A DNA stretch of 63,974 nucleotides, counting the filler, from Reticulomyxa filosa (Eukaryota > Protista > Foraminifera): NCBI GenBank assembly GCA_000512085.1. It is 12 parts of 12 records of this genome, joined end to end, with 100 filler letters (N's around TTAATTAATTAA, not from the genome) between each part and the next. Parts side by side here need not be neighbours in the genome. Positions count along the whole stretch, not along the records: positions 10,099 to 15,455 come from ASPP01010758.1; positions 15,556 to 29,437 come from ASPP01008780.1; 10 more parts are not named here. One strand, given 5' to 3'. The notes beneath the pieces were generated by a model. The model had not been told where the DNA came from. It worked only from the letters and a program-made list of their open reading frames with translations, and made no database searches. Position 1 is the first letter of the stretch; each line of letters opens with the position of its first letter. A program made the translations under genes and the position numbers. Of this stretch, positions 10,625-24,176 are shown in pieces.

Positions 10625-12191
10625 ATTCGCTTTTTGTGGTTACTTCTTTTGTAACTTTTTGAATGTTACAACAGCAAATGTTTGTGAAATCAAATTAAGC
10701 TTCACTAAACGCGTGAAAATCAAGAAATTTCTAAAATTTTATACTTTTTGTTCCAAAATGTTTTTACTTCAAAAGAGTGCAATTTTTTTGCAGATTGCAA
10801 ATCCATTAAAAAAAATTAAAAATTTTCAAAATATAGTTATACAACAAAAAAAAAAGTGTGCTTTTTTAGTATTTGACTTGTATCTTTATTTAAAAGAGCT
10901 AAAGTAAAAATAATTTTGTAGATATATAACAAATCACATGCTATATTGTACTATATTATGTTGCATTTATTTGAAAGGTTATACATTCAATTCTTTCATC
11001 TAGCTTTTACATTATGTCTTTTTTTTTTTGACAAAATTTTTTTATTAAATCTATATCAAACTGTAAAAAAAAATAATACAGTTAACAAACGTTTACACTT
11101 GTATTTAAAAGAAACTTTTATGTGTAATTTACAACTTTGTGTAATCGCCATTGGCCTTTATCAAAGCATGAGCACACTTAGTCATTTACGCAATAAGTCT
11201 ATCACACAAATTATTTTCAATATAGTAACATTGCTTGCTAAACTCATCAAAGAACTCATCTTTGATGGAAAATAATTTTTGTAAGTATGGCACTTGGTAA
11301 TTCACCAAATGTTCTAAATTTGATTTATGTCTTGTTTTGACACTTTTCGCATTTACTTTCAGTCTAAAAACAATTGCAAATCTCTTTACTTTGTAAACCA
11401 ATTGCAGTGCTTCACTATAATGCTTTTTACTTTCTTCTGTGTTTATTTTGCGTTAAATACTTAAATATTAGTCATTATAATTAATTTTAAACTTTTTTGT
11501 TTGGTAAGAGTTTTTTTTAACATTGAATTTTTCAAACTTATTATGAAAAAGAAGGATGCAGAACTTTTCAAATAAATACAAGATATAAGATTGTACAAGA
11601 TATTATGTTGTTTATTCTATGTATCTACAAAATTATTTTTACTTTAACTCTTTTCAATAAAGATATACAAGTCAAATATTAAAAAAACCACCTTTTTTTT
11701 ATTGTACTGTTTTTTTGCAAACTACTGTATTAAGCAAGCAAAATTATATTGACAAACGCATCCAATTTTGATTTTTACTGTATCGATTCATGTACAAGAC
11801 TGTAAATGTTCAATGATAGCATCCACGAAGTTACTAAATATTGTTTGTTCGAATCCAATTTATACTACAATCATAAGTAAATCGTTATTTATAAGTATCC
11901 TTTATATTATCGAGGCGAAGTTCCAGATATTACATTTTCGTACTATACACAGATTTAAGACTCTACACTTACAAATGAAGTAATTTGCCAAAATAGAATC
12001 TGGAAAATAAAAACTTTAATTAGTTTCAAACTTGTTCGTACTTTCTGTTGACTGCGCCAGAGGACACTCACATAAATCTATTTCAAAAAAAGAAAACATG
12101 CCCATCCGTTTTGTTTTTATCTAGAATTACTGAATTCAGGTGGTTTGTTTCTACCCCTTGGGTTGGTACGTACATTCAAATAAAAAAAACT

Positions 12192-12977
12192 ATGATATCA
12201 CGCACCCGTCAACTGTTTCGCTTGCAGTGGAGCTGGACGAAGTCGTTGAATAGTGTTCGGTGCTGGAGCTATAGTAATGTCCTGAAAGAAACCGAAAAGA
12301 AGACACAAGAGAAGGCAACAGAAGAGACGAGGCAAACAAAAACGGAAGAGAAAATCGATCGATTGTACAATGGATTAATAAAAATGAACAAAGTGACCAC
12401 TCGTTATTATGGAGTGGTGATTCCAACGTTATTTTTCCCAATAGCCCAAAATGTGTTATCAGTGTTGAACCTGCCAATGGAAATGTCATTGGTAATGCTT
12501 GGGAGTCCGATAATAGCCGAGTATGTACATTGCATGCTATTGAACAAAGCGATAAACAAATTGGTAAAGCCATTGAACGAGAAAAAAAACCCGTCGAGTA
12601 ATGAAAAGTTGGTGGCATTGATTGAGTTTGGAAAAGAGTTGAGCAAGTTGAATTATGTGTCGTGGCGAGGTATCATTGGCGTATATTTGACGACCGTCAG
12701 TGTGTTGTATGCAAACCCATTTCATCTTCCTATGCTTGCCACCACTGGTTTGGGACATGTGTTTATGATGAGTGGCTTCCCATTCTTCCCTGTCCTCATT
12801 ACTTTATTCAATCATCAATCTGTTTACCCCGGACTTGTTTTGTCCGTTCATCGCCTTTGCGACTTCATTCAAACCACTCATCACACCCCTGACTTGAACC
12901 AAATGCACTCTCTTGACATTCTTTCTTTGGACTTGCAAAACACCCTCAATTCAACTACTACTCCTACTCCTCCATAG
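12192..12977 (+). CDS. Hypothetical membrane protein with a possible mitochondrial presequence
   Basis: Long intronless ORF. The N-terminus MISRTRQLFRLQWSWTKSLNSVRCW is R/S-rich and acid-free, and several hydrophobic segments follow. Confidence 0.6.
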   Translation: MISRTRQLFRLQWSWTKSLNSVRCWSYSNVLKETEKKTQEKATEETRQTKTEEKIDRLYNGLIKMNKVTTRYYGVVIPTLFFPIAQNVLSVLNLPMEMSLVMLGSPIIAEYVHCMLLNKAINKLVKPLNEKKNPSSNEKLVALIEFGKELSKLNYVSWRGIIGVYLTTVSVLYANPFHLPMLATTGLGHVFMMSGFPFFPVLITLFNHQSVYPGLVLSVHRLCDFIQTTHHTPDLNQMHSLDILSLDLQNTLNSTTTPTPP

Positions 12978-13605
12978 GCTTTTTTTTTTTTTTTGAAAAT
13001 ATAAACTTTGAATATCAATGCAAATATTTTGCTATACTTTCTCTTTTCTGCACCTTTCTCGCACTTTTTTTTTTTGATGGTATTATGTATTACTTTACCG
13101 TATAGGCAAGATACTCGCTCATTTTTTACTTTTGTCTTGTCAAGTTGACAACATTCACTTATTAGCTTTGCATTTTTTTTTCTTTTTCAGTCCCTTGACA
13201 CACAGCGTGTAGCTGGCAAAACAGCACCGATCCGACACCAACTTGTTTAGTGTTTTGTGCTTTGTGTTGTACGAATGCGAAGCTCCTGCTTCGAGGAAAT
13301 AAAGAATGAGTTTGCAATTAGAAAAAAAGGGAAAAAACAGAATATTCGAAATGAAAGGCTATGGGAAAGAGAAAAAAAAAGGGGTGTGGTGAATCAAACA
13401 AGCAAACAAGTCAAACAAAGAAATAAAACAAGCATATTGTTAAATCTGTGATATAACAATTGCAAACGCTCATCAACGCAACACATCACTTGTTGCAGAG
13501 AGACCTTTTTATTTAGGTTTGTAGTGACCTTTTAATATACATCACCACAAGTATTAGAAAAAACAATAAAGCTGCTCAAATTAAGTTGTTTAAAGATTGT
13601 ATTTA

Positions 13606-14770
13606 TTAAGGAGAATCGATTTGAGAAGTAGAGTGCAAAAATGAGATTGTTTCACTGTCATCAGCAACAATATTATCAAGTCTTTTTCTGGACAGAGTCC
13701 CCAAACCAAATCGATAATTATCATAATATATAGCGCAAAAATATAATGATAGCGCTTGAAATGTGGAAAATAAATATAAACAATATGTCCATGTGCTCTA
13801 TATAAAATGAATATATGACATTGCATAAGTTATGCAAATAGTTTTATCCATTATGTACGTACACGTGTATTTAACTTTCGGAGGTATTAAATAACACATT
13901 GTAAGTCCTGACATCCCACCAATAATATTTAAATGCTGTGATTGTAATGATATACCACTTGTGCTTTTTAATTTGTAACATTCTTGTAACTGTGGGATAT
14001 GACTATTGTGTATACGTGTGTGCGTATAATATATACATGTATGTATATATACATATATATATATATGCGCATGCATGTATATTCAATAATGTCACTTCTA
14101 ATAAGTACCTTAATATTTGTGCAAGAGGTTTAATAGAAGTTGTCCATTGTATTGATGCAGGATGAAAAAGCCCTAATATAAATGGAATAATTGGAAACAA
14201 TATCCATAAATAATATATAGAATTATGACCATAGATTACAAATCTTTTCATTATTATTATTATTATTATTATTTTTTTTTTTTCATTTGTTATATATATA
14301 TGTACATATATGTATACATGTATGTGTTACATTTTTTTTTTTTTTTTTCAATTTTAACTGCACCATAAACAATGAATGTTGAAATACTGCAAGTGCCCCA
14401 TACAATATTACACTCCATGTTTCTGTGTTTTTTTTTTATAAAATATTCGATAAAGAGATATACACCTTATGTATGTATACAATACAATTACCTCCAACAA
14501 AAAATGAATTCACCATTAAAAATGCGGCACCAATTAATTTAATTACTATTCCAATTGATGAAAACCCTTTACAAGATTTTCGTTGGTAATTTTTTACGGT
14601 TTGAGGAATGTATCTTTTTTTTTTGTATATGTTATTATGTGGGTATATATTTTTTGTACTAGTACGTTTTTTCTCAACTGTGTTGTCAAACAAACAGTTG
14701 CCAACATTCCTAAACATTCTCCAAGTATTTGAAAAGTAGAAGTTTCTGAAGGAGTTGCAATAGAATCCAT
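13606..14770 (-). CDS. PQ-loop repeat transporter (PQLC/cystinosin-like), multi-exon
   Basis: Two PQ motifs: IPQTVKNYQRKSCKGFS and IPQLQECYKLKSTSGIS, each followed by TM segments. The last exon ends ..YYDNYRFG..DDSETISFLHSTSQIDSP*. Confidence 0.85.
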
Positions 14771-15685
14771 TTTTGCTTCAAAGCACAATTTTGTTCAAAA
14801 AAAAATAAATAAAAATACGAGGGGAAATTTTTTTTACTAAAAAAATCGCACTTAAAAAAAACAGAAAAAAATAATACGAAAACAACGAAAAGTAAATGAG
14901 CGTTTTCATGGAGTTGAAACGTGAAAAGAGTAGCGAGCATGATCATGAATCAAGACAATAACAAATGAAGAATCTTCTTTTGTTATTAATCATGATCATA
15001 GTAAAAGGCTAGCCAAGGTTTGGAACCAACAATTATATCACCATTGTTATAACAAAAATTTACGGAAGCTATGTTAGTGAAATTTTTTTTTCTTTTTTAT
15101 TGTCTTAGCAAAATCATTCTATTGTTTCATCATGCAAAATTTACTGTTTCATTTTTCGAAAGGAAAAAATAGGAAATCACATTTAGATGCATTTTATGGA
15201 AAGATAGCTTAGAAAATGATTGTATTCAATCATCGAAGCCCAAAGTAATATTGAGACTATTTTTGTTTTGCCGCAGTCTTTGTAACAGTGTAAGAAGCTT
15301 TGAAAAAAAGGGCAAATAAAAAAAAGAAATAAATAAATACTCCTTCATTGTCATATCCATATTTTTTCGCTCTTCAAAAGAAGACAAAAAGAAGATAAAA
15401 CTTGTGATACATTTTAAAAAATTGAAGGAGAAGGAAGAATGGTGGATCGAGTAGANNNNNNNNNNNNNNNNNNNNNNNNNNNNNNNNNNNNNNNNNNNNT
15501 TAATTAATTAANNNNNNNNNNNNNNNNNNNNNNNNNNNNNNNNNNNNNNNNNNNNAAAAAAAAAAAAGATCACAAGCTACACACAAAGCACACATACTCA
15601 CACCTCCTACTTTCCCCCTTTTCACACAAATATTGAAAAGATCTATACCCAATAAAGCAAAGTGCCAGAGCAAGAAAAAAAGAAG

Positions 15686-17419
15686 TCACATGAGAACGCA
15701 ACTGCAACATCCAGCATTAGTATTTTTGCCGGAGCCATAAGGAGTGACTAAATCTTGACTGTTTCTGCGTTTGTCTTGTTGGGTATGTTTTCCATCATGC
15801 TCATACATGCATTCGATGATAGATTTGACACAAAGATACTTTTTCTGGGCAATTTGTTTTTCCCAAGGATCGGTGGTGGCTTCGATTCGTTCGTCAAAGA
15901 TCCCTTTTTGACGACGCATTTTCGATATTCATTAAGCATGGTCCATTTAATAGCCCGAGCCTCTTTTCCCCCACGTTTCATCATCCCAATCCATTTGTGA
16001 TGAGAGAGCGAAGAATTGGAAGGAGATTCGAACCACCATTGGACAGTATTGGCGTCCGAGGAATGGAACGTGGACATTATAATATGCCATTGTCTGTCAT
16101 TGCCATTGTTATTTCCATCCGAAGACGAAGAACGTTCTCGAACGACCTTTTCAATCCGATCCAGTGAAACCATGCCAATAATTGCATTATCTTTGGGGGT
16201 ATATTTATATTCTAGCACATCGCCATCCAAGACAAAGTAATATTCGTGATGGAGATTATCGGCGCTGCCTTGTCCAAACGTTAAAAATCCCGAGCACGAT
16301 ACTGTGCGAAGCAGATGTGGACGAATGATACGACGTTCATTTTGTTGTGTGGATGCAGTGTTATCATTGTTTTGTTTCTCTTCTTTATCTTGCTCGTGAT
16401 CATGATCATGATCATTGTCATGGTCATGACCGTTCTTAGTACGCTTTTGATTCAAAGGGTCCTTTTCGATAGTTTGAACAAAGGTAATGGAATTGGACAA
16501 CGAATTTTCCACTTCGAATTCTTCCTTATCAATTGCCCATAGTCGCAATGGGATTTTGACATCTCGTTTGACGCGTTGGGATTTGTTTTCGCTGATGGAT
16601 TTCCTCGTCTTGTTATTGGCACCCTTTTTGTCGTGTTCGCGACTCACATAACCAAGAGTGATATTACCATTGCTATTGTTATTGTCGTTGCTATCGCTAA
16701 ATTGTTTGTTAATGACTTTATTATCTTTGTCTTTGTCTTTGTCTTGTTCCATTCGATCGAGCACATCTTTTTTCATTCGCATTTGCAACACATAGATTTC
16801 GTGACATCTCCCAAAGATGGCCATTTGCTGTAAGTGACTTCGCACCGCAAGACGATGGCGTCTCTTTGCCTCGCTGAGTTTGGTGACCCAGTGTTGGCAC
16901 AATGGCGCCGTTTCTCCGCGCAACTGCAATACGTCATGACCAAAGTACACATTCAATCGGTTGTCGTTGTCTTTTTCCAGACACAAATACGCCCAGCCCA
17001 TGCTGAACATCTTCCAGCGTTCTGTGGTCACATAAAAGGGAAAGAGAGGAAATGATTTATGCATTGTGTCAAATAAACACAAAACTACATAACGTTCCGG
17101 TGTGGTGTCATGTTGATGACGAAAGGCGCTCAAATAATGAGTGGACAATTGGAAATATCTTGGCTCCCAAAGTTTTTGTCCGAACACGGCTTTGCCTCGT
17201 TTGCGATGAAGCACGCCCTGCATGAGGACACCGCCCGAGTCCTGTTCTTTTCCAACTGCGTTTGGATGGTTTCCAAGATTTGTTCCAACTCCGTCGCTTT
17301 CAAGCGAAACGTTTCGTCGTCCCACAATGTCATATGTTCCGTGGTTTTCTTTTTGTTCCATCGATATGTTTGCTCGTCATCGCTGGCGCTATCCAATTCG
17401 AAATCTGCACACATATAAG

Positions 17420-17455
<36 letters not shown>

Positions 17456-18466
17456 GTGTATACATATATATACATGTTCTTCAAAAAAAGACCCCCCTTT
17501 CCTTCTTCATATAAATAAGTGTTTTCAAAAAAAAAAAAAAAAAACCGGAATATTCTCGATCTTCGGTAAATCCCATATCAAACATAGTAATGTGACCATT
17601 GCTATTATTCCCTTGATGCGCGTATTTGTGGTTGTTTTTATCAAAGTTGTAATCGGCAGATTGTCCGCTGACGCTGTAGCGCGACGACGCTTGGGAGCTT
17701 TGTCGACTATGTTGGGCTTGAATCCGATTGTCGTAGTGCAACGACATCGTGTTGTTGCGTGTGGGCAGTCCGCTCTCGTTGCTATCGTGTCGCGTCACTG
17801 CTTCCATTTCCATATTCAATTGGTCATTCGTCGACACACGCAAGTGCCGATTGTACCACGCCGAGTCCTTGTCTTTGCCTGTCTCATTGCCGTCGTCTTT
17901 CGCTTTCTCTTTTCCGTCCTCTTGTCCTTGCAATCCCTTTTCTTTGGCTTTTTCGTCGACGTATTCGAGTGACTGTTGTGACAATTGACGTCTCTTTTTT
18001 TTTTTTTTTTACATTTTTTTGATGAACTTATGTCCAACGTTGTGTACATACTTTTTTTACTTTACCCCCTTTTTTTTTTTTTTTTAGAAAACTCTTTTTT
18101 GTGTTCGATTTTCGTGTAATGCTTTTTTGTTTCTTGGATGTGCCCTATCCACTGCGTCAATTGCTGCTGGTTGTTTACTGCAAATTGCCATCGTCTCTGA
18201 AGCCCTTGCGATTCAATTGCAAAACGAAATTCTGGTGTGTTCTCGTCGTGGATGTGTCGGTCGTCGTCAATTGCTTCTATTGCGTCCACATAGTCTACTT
18301 TTATTTTACCCACTACTTTTAAGTAATTGCGGTCATTGTAAAATCGAATTGCTCCATCTTCCCACAATGCACATTGTAGACGGCTCCATTGTCCGTTGCT
18401 TTGCCTTTTTAAAATCGTTGATTCAAATATAATCTTTCCATACTTTGATCCATCTTGAGCTGACAT
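15686..18466 (-). CDS. Protein with three PH domains and a C-terminal CaaX motif
   Basis: PH1 (FESTILKRQ..WSRLQCAL..LTQWIGHI), PH2 (MQGVLHRKRG..WEPRYFQL..QHWVTKL) and PH3 (CSGFL..YYFVLDGDVLEY..HKWIG). The C-terminus GCCSCVLM* is reached through a 1-nt shift at the A-run 15905-15909. Confidence 0.8.
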
Positions 18467-18956
18467 GTCTTTTTTTTTATTGATGTTGTCGTCAGAAGCA
18501 ATGATTTTTGAAGGGAGTTCAATTAAATCTTTGCCATGTGATGATGTTAATTGGAATTTCTAAAATTTTGCTCCCTTGATGATCTGTCTTTGTTGGCGTA
18601 ATTAGTTCCAAGTCGAAGTTGTGCAAATAAGCAAAGAATATTAGACATGTACACAGAAATGTTTAACTTTGCAAATGTTGAATAAGATAAATTATTTTTA
18701 CTTTTTTTTGTCTTTCGTAAGTTTATACAACACGTTTCCTAATCCTTTAAACTTCAGTTTCGTGAAATAGCCTCCTCTTAAATTGATAGCACTTTTTTGA
18801 TCCAGTAGCTTTTGCAATAAGATATATTAGCGTAATAGCTTCTGCTTCAAACAAAATACATTTGCGCCTTGAAAAGTGAACTGGGGAAAAAATTGAAGAG
18901 TTTGAAAATCAAGCAGGATCATCACAAAAAAATAATAAAAAATAACAATAGATAAA

Positions 18957-19656
18957 ATGTATCTTCTTCCAATGTTATTTATATTACTCACTCTTGGGAA
19001 TTGTGAGCCTCCAAAAATGAAGTCAGACTACATAGTTGAGCATAGTCTGTCACCAACAGGAGAAGAAAGCGACTGGCAATTGCGTGGACGTCTGTTAATA
19101 GACCACACAAGCAGAAGTGGTTTGCTGTCGGCTCATGAATGGACAGACGAAGAAATAGAAAAATTTGACGCATTGTATCAAGGCAACGGTTATTACAAAT
19201 TACGCATCAAATCTACTGCGGAAAATAGCAAGTTTTTTTTGTTTATTTTGTAAAAAAATTTTTAATTTTCCCTCGAAACATCTGCTTCCTCAAAAAAAAA
19301 AAAGTGATGGCGAACTGGTAAACAGTATATTAGCTTGTCAATTAATCAAAGGAGATGAACAAATCGTATTACACGCAGACAGCAATGGGCGTATTAATGG
19401 ATTTGATTACTTCAGTACCAACCCAAAATGTCACACTACAAAAACGAAAGGATCAAACCAATTGCCGTCATCTCTAACGAAATCGGTTGAAGTCAGTATG
19501 TCATTTGGAGACCGAGGTGAGAGTCCTTTTGCGCCAGAATATGAAGCGAGCCCAAAAATTAAGGATCAGCCAAGCTTTTTCAGCAAATATTGGTGGGCTA
19601 TTGGTTTGTTTGGTTTCATGATGTTTGCTAATATATTGGGTGGGCTGGCAAAATAA
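18957..19656 (+). CDS. EMC10: ER membrane protein complex subunit 10
   Basis: Signal peptide, EHS..W.LRG, YYKLRI, SILACQL, LHADSNG.INGFDY and SFFSKYWWAI followed by a TM segment. Intron 19232-19304. Confidence 0.85.
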
Positions 19657-20793
19657 TTTTTTGAAACCACATAACATGTCTTCTTTGATTTGACAAAGTG
19701 GATAACATTGTTGATTTGGCTCCTTCTCCCAAATTCAACTGAAACAATTCATCCACAATCCATTGACACATTGAAAGCATGTTTTCTTTTTTTTGTGCTT
19801 ATCCTTGTTGTGGGGGCAAATTTATTGCATTTTCAGCAAATCAACATTAATCTGTATTAATCTAAGTTGAATTTCTCTGGAAATCTTGTTTCCGTTTTGA
19901 TGCTGTTAGAATTATATCATCTTTTAATCATCGAAGCGCTAAGCTACCTCTGTGAATACAATTAATATAATCACCTTATCCTTAAAATGTCCAATAACCT
20001 TCAGAAGGAGAAAAAACAAAGAACAATTCTGAAAAATTGAGATAATAAAGATTGACACAATTTCTTTTTAATAACAAAAAAAAATTATAAACAAGAAGTA
20101 TTAATGGAGATGTTTTAAGCATAGACGTATGTGAACATCAATGCTGTGATACGAAGAATGAGGGTTAGTGTATATCAAACCGATTGCTCCTGGTCACCAG
20201 TCCTGAAAATTAATATACTAACTCCTCCCAAAATCTTCATAAAACTTAATGCACATGCCACATATGCCCCTATGCGAAGGAATGCCCTCTTGTATTTGTT
20301 TTTCGCAAAAATATTGCTCGCATAAAAAAAAGAAAGTAAACTCAAGATCAAATTAACGTACTCTGAAATTGTCAAGCGCTTAAAATTTTTTGCAGATTTT
20401 TTTTTCCATAGTGGAAACACACACCACATCAAACTACTTTCTTACACGTTTCAATTTTTATTTTCCACAAGCTAAACCTTGTTACAATACATGACATTAT
20501 CCAATTTCGACAGTCAAAAGAGGAGCTCTCGTGCAGCCTCCAAAAAAGTGCAAGGAGAGAGGAAAAAACCCAAAAAAAAAATGCATAAAACTGATCGAAG
20601 AACAAGAAGAAAAAAAAAATAAAGAAATAAAACAAAACAAAGCAAAAAAATATAGAACCAATCCAATATTGAAAAAAAGAAAAATCAACAAAACAAACAG
20701 CGTTGGTTTTACATTATAAGTTCATCGAACAAAAGAAAACGAAATAAAATAAAAAGTGTTGGTAAGGTTCTTGACCATACATGGTCAAAGTCT

Positions 20794-21878
20794 TTATTCG
20801 TTCAGGACGTCAAGACCATATAAGTCTCTATAATATTCAAAGAATTGGGTATTTATGTTGCTGAAAGAATCACTAACCGAGCGTGGGAAGGGTGGAACAT
20901 TATCGAATCCATTGAAGGACATTACTCTTTGCATTGGAGGATCTTTATCATTTATTTTCATTTCAATGCTGTTTGCTTCCCTAAGGAGAGAAGATAGAAG
21001 AGGAAAAAGAGAAAGAGATTATGGTCTCTTTCACCTACCTAAAGTAGATTCATAAGGTTGTAACAGTGGTAACAGTATATGCTCCAAAACCTGCTGTGCT
21101 CCCTGTCTCATTAGTTAATGTATTTATTTGTGTTCATTTGCTTTGAAAATGGACATTTTTTTTATTGTACAAAATTAGGATTTTTTTGAGGGAGTACATT
21201 TTTTGAAGGAGGGTAGATGAATACCGCAACATCGCACATGAATCCACGCAACAAAAAAAAAAAATGATAACTCTTGTTGACGGTAAAAAGCAATAAAATA
21301 AGAAAATACACTTGGCCAAATGATAAAAAGGTATCAATTCAAATATGTGCAAGAATAACCCTTCGATCATCCCCAAACTGCCGTAAATCACCCAATAGCT
21401 TAAACATGTTTTATGTCTTGTCGTTGCCACAGGAATTGTATGAATGCATTTAATGTTTTTTTTATCAATGATTACTTTGAACAAGATGAAAGGATGAAAA
21501 AATAAAAAATAAAAAATTGTACACATATAATTTTTTTTAAAATACATTTGTGGGTCTTCTGTTTTTAATGCTTTGTAGGATTGGTAAACAGGTAAAACAA
21601 AGGATATTAGATTACTGTTTGTTTTTTTTGATGTATTTGCTTTTTTTTGTTGTTGGACGAGACACACAGCAATGGATGACACGAAACATCACAAAAGTTT
21701 TACTGGCTTGCAATGAAAATAAAAAAACGCATGTTAAAATAAATATCAAAAACAATAGTTTGCGCGAAGCCCCGATTTTTTCTTCTAATGATTTCCAAAA
21801 AGATGAATGATCCAAATAATGATACAGGCCAGCAATCAAGCTTCCATCACCAAAGTCTTCGACTCGACCGTTGCTCAT
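20794..21878 (-). CDS. REEP/DP1/Yop1 (TB2/DP1, HVA22) ER-shaping protein, multi-exon
   Basis: NLISFVLPVYQSYKALKT, LSYWVIYG, IPFYHLAKCIFLFYCFLPSTR-GAQQV..ILLPLL. The last exon is inferred. Confidence 0.88.
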
Positions 21879-22222
21879 TATTATAATAATATTTTGTAGT
21901 GTTTTTTTTTGTCGCCTTTTTGTAAAAGTCACTTCAAACTACGTTCACGTTTTGTTGTTTCTTTGTTGCAAGCACTTTTATTTGATTAATTATGAAAGTA
22001 TATATATTTATTCTTTTTTCTTTAGCAATTTATGATTTTTAGATCAATTGATTATTCTAGCTTTCAGTCTTGTTTTTTTCTAATGTTTCCTGCCACACGT
22101 GTTATTTTGTTTCAAATTATCTTGTGCTTTGAACGTGGTTCAGTTAAAAATCGAAAGGGCAGTTAAAACTTTTATTGTTCTAAAAAGGTTGAAAGTACTT
22201 TTCTTTCTAGTTACTAAGAAAC

Positions 22223-23145
22223 ATGGCACAAGCGCAAGATAAATTTGTGTTGTATTCAGCCAACATCTGTCCTTTTGCCCAGCGTGCATGGCTTGCCTTG
22301 TTGTACAAGGGTGTTGACTTTGAAATTTTGACTTGTGATCTTAATGACAAGCAAGAATTTTTCACCAAAGCATACGCTAAGGCTTTGGGACACGATCCAA
22401 GTAGCAATGGAAAAGTTAGTTAAAAAAATTGTTTCATTTTACTTTAATATTTAATATGAGAGGTTAAAAGAAATTGCACTTTTTTTGGGGGGGATTTGAA
22501 AGGTGCCAATATTAGACCACAATGGTAAATTTTTGACGGAATCCTTAGCAATCGTACGATACTTAGATTTGCTTTTCCCAGACACAAAACCATTGTTCCC
22601 AAAAAAACCAATCGACAGGGTTGCTGTTGAATTGATTACTGAATTTGCTGGAGGAGTTGTTGGAGGATTTTATGGAGTTTTGTCAGAAAAAGATGACCAA
22701 AAGCGACAAGAAAAAAAGAAGCAACTGAAAGGAAATTGTCTCAATTGAACTCAAGATTGAGTTAATATTTCTTTTTTTTTTTTTACTGTACCTACATTTT
22801 TAACTAGTGTGCAACTGTGTTGCATTTGTACTTTTTTTGTGATTTGTAGGTGAAATCAGCAAAGAAGGCCCATTTTACCTTGGTGACCAAATCAGCTTTT
22901 TTGAAATTGCAACGTTCCCTTTTGTTGATCGTTTCATTGTGAATGAGTTCTTGTTCGAAAAGGGACAAGGTATGACTTTAGAGGAATGTTTCGAAGGGAA
23001 CGATCGATTGAAACATTGGTATGAAGCTTTGAAAAAACAGCCTTTTGTCCAAGCTGTTCATGCCAAGATTGTTAAAGATAGTGGTGAAAAGACTGTCTAT
23101 GACTTTTTCATAAAACAATACAAAGAGTATGCAAAAAAGAGATAA
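22223..23145 (+). CDS. Glutathione S-transferase, omega/lambda-like (Cys active site)
   Basis: CPFAQRAWLAL, GK|VPIL across intron 22415-22502, ESLAI and GPFYLGDQISFFEI..FPFVDRF. One 1-nt frameshift at the A-run 22711-22717. Confidence 0.9.
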
Positions 23146-24176
23146 AAAGTGTAATGGAAAAATACACAACTAGTTTTTTTTTCTTTTTAGTACTTTGAAC
23201 TGGCTAGTTACATGATTGACCTAACATTTCTGGCAATACTATTTTTAAAATCTTGGAAACATTTTCAATAAACTTTACTAAACTAACGTATGAAATATAT
23301 CTCCAGTTTTAAAGTTCATACTAGATATCAAATTTTTGATCAAAATACTATCTAGTTTAATTATGTAAGAGTCACAACTAGTTATAGTAAATTTATTTCC
23401 AGTTAGCATAACTGTAAAACTTTTGAATAAAGTCAGAAATTAAATAGAATTAGGGTATACTTTATTAATTTTGTATTCTTTCTTTGATCACAACAAAGTC
23501 CAACTTTCTTTTTCATCATATCAAAAACATTGATATTGTACATTCTGGTATGCAAATCGTAAATATCACTTAAATCTGGAATGTGATAATTATTTTGGCT
23601 TTGGTGTCAAATACTCATTTGCTTTTCTCTACTCAATAAATCAGCTGGAAATTATTTTTAATTGGCAATTTTTCTGTAAACGGAACAGTTTTTGAAGAAG
23701 AGAAAAAAGAAAAATCATGAATCAATGCTTTGTTTGTTTATTTTTAATTTAGACAGCCTGCTATATCTTTTTATTCAAAAAATTATTTAAATCATGAGCT
23801 ATTAAATGCAGAATATTGGAATCATTTTTTTTAAAAATAAAAAATAAAAAATTTCAACTTAATCATTGTGCTATTCTTTGAAAAATTGAGAGATGCTGGG
23901 TTCCAGCAAGCTTCTATCGATATATCTGTGCAATAAAGTTTGATTTTTGTTTATATAAAAGCAAAGTCTTTAACTAGGCCGGAACAGTTCATAGTATAGT
24001 GCTCTCGTCAAACTAGAGTGAAAATATCGCTACAGGCGATATTTATATATATGCATATCTATGGAACGCTACCAGAACAGTCAAGAACAGCATCGGAACA
24101 ATATATAATAATTAGAATATATCCGGAACGTGTTTTAGTACTATGTTGATATAATGACATCAAATCTCAGTTTATG

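Noticed and set aside
15755-18432. Numerous plus-strand ORFs over the PH gene
   Set aside because: Antisense shadows of a relatively GC-rich coding region.
22711-22717. Programmed frameshifting in GST, PH and WD40 genes
   Set aside because: Each 1-nt shift sits in a homopolymer run (42-46, 15905-15909, 22711-22717) in an otherwise intact gene. Homopolymer sequencing error is the simpler explanation.
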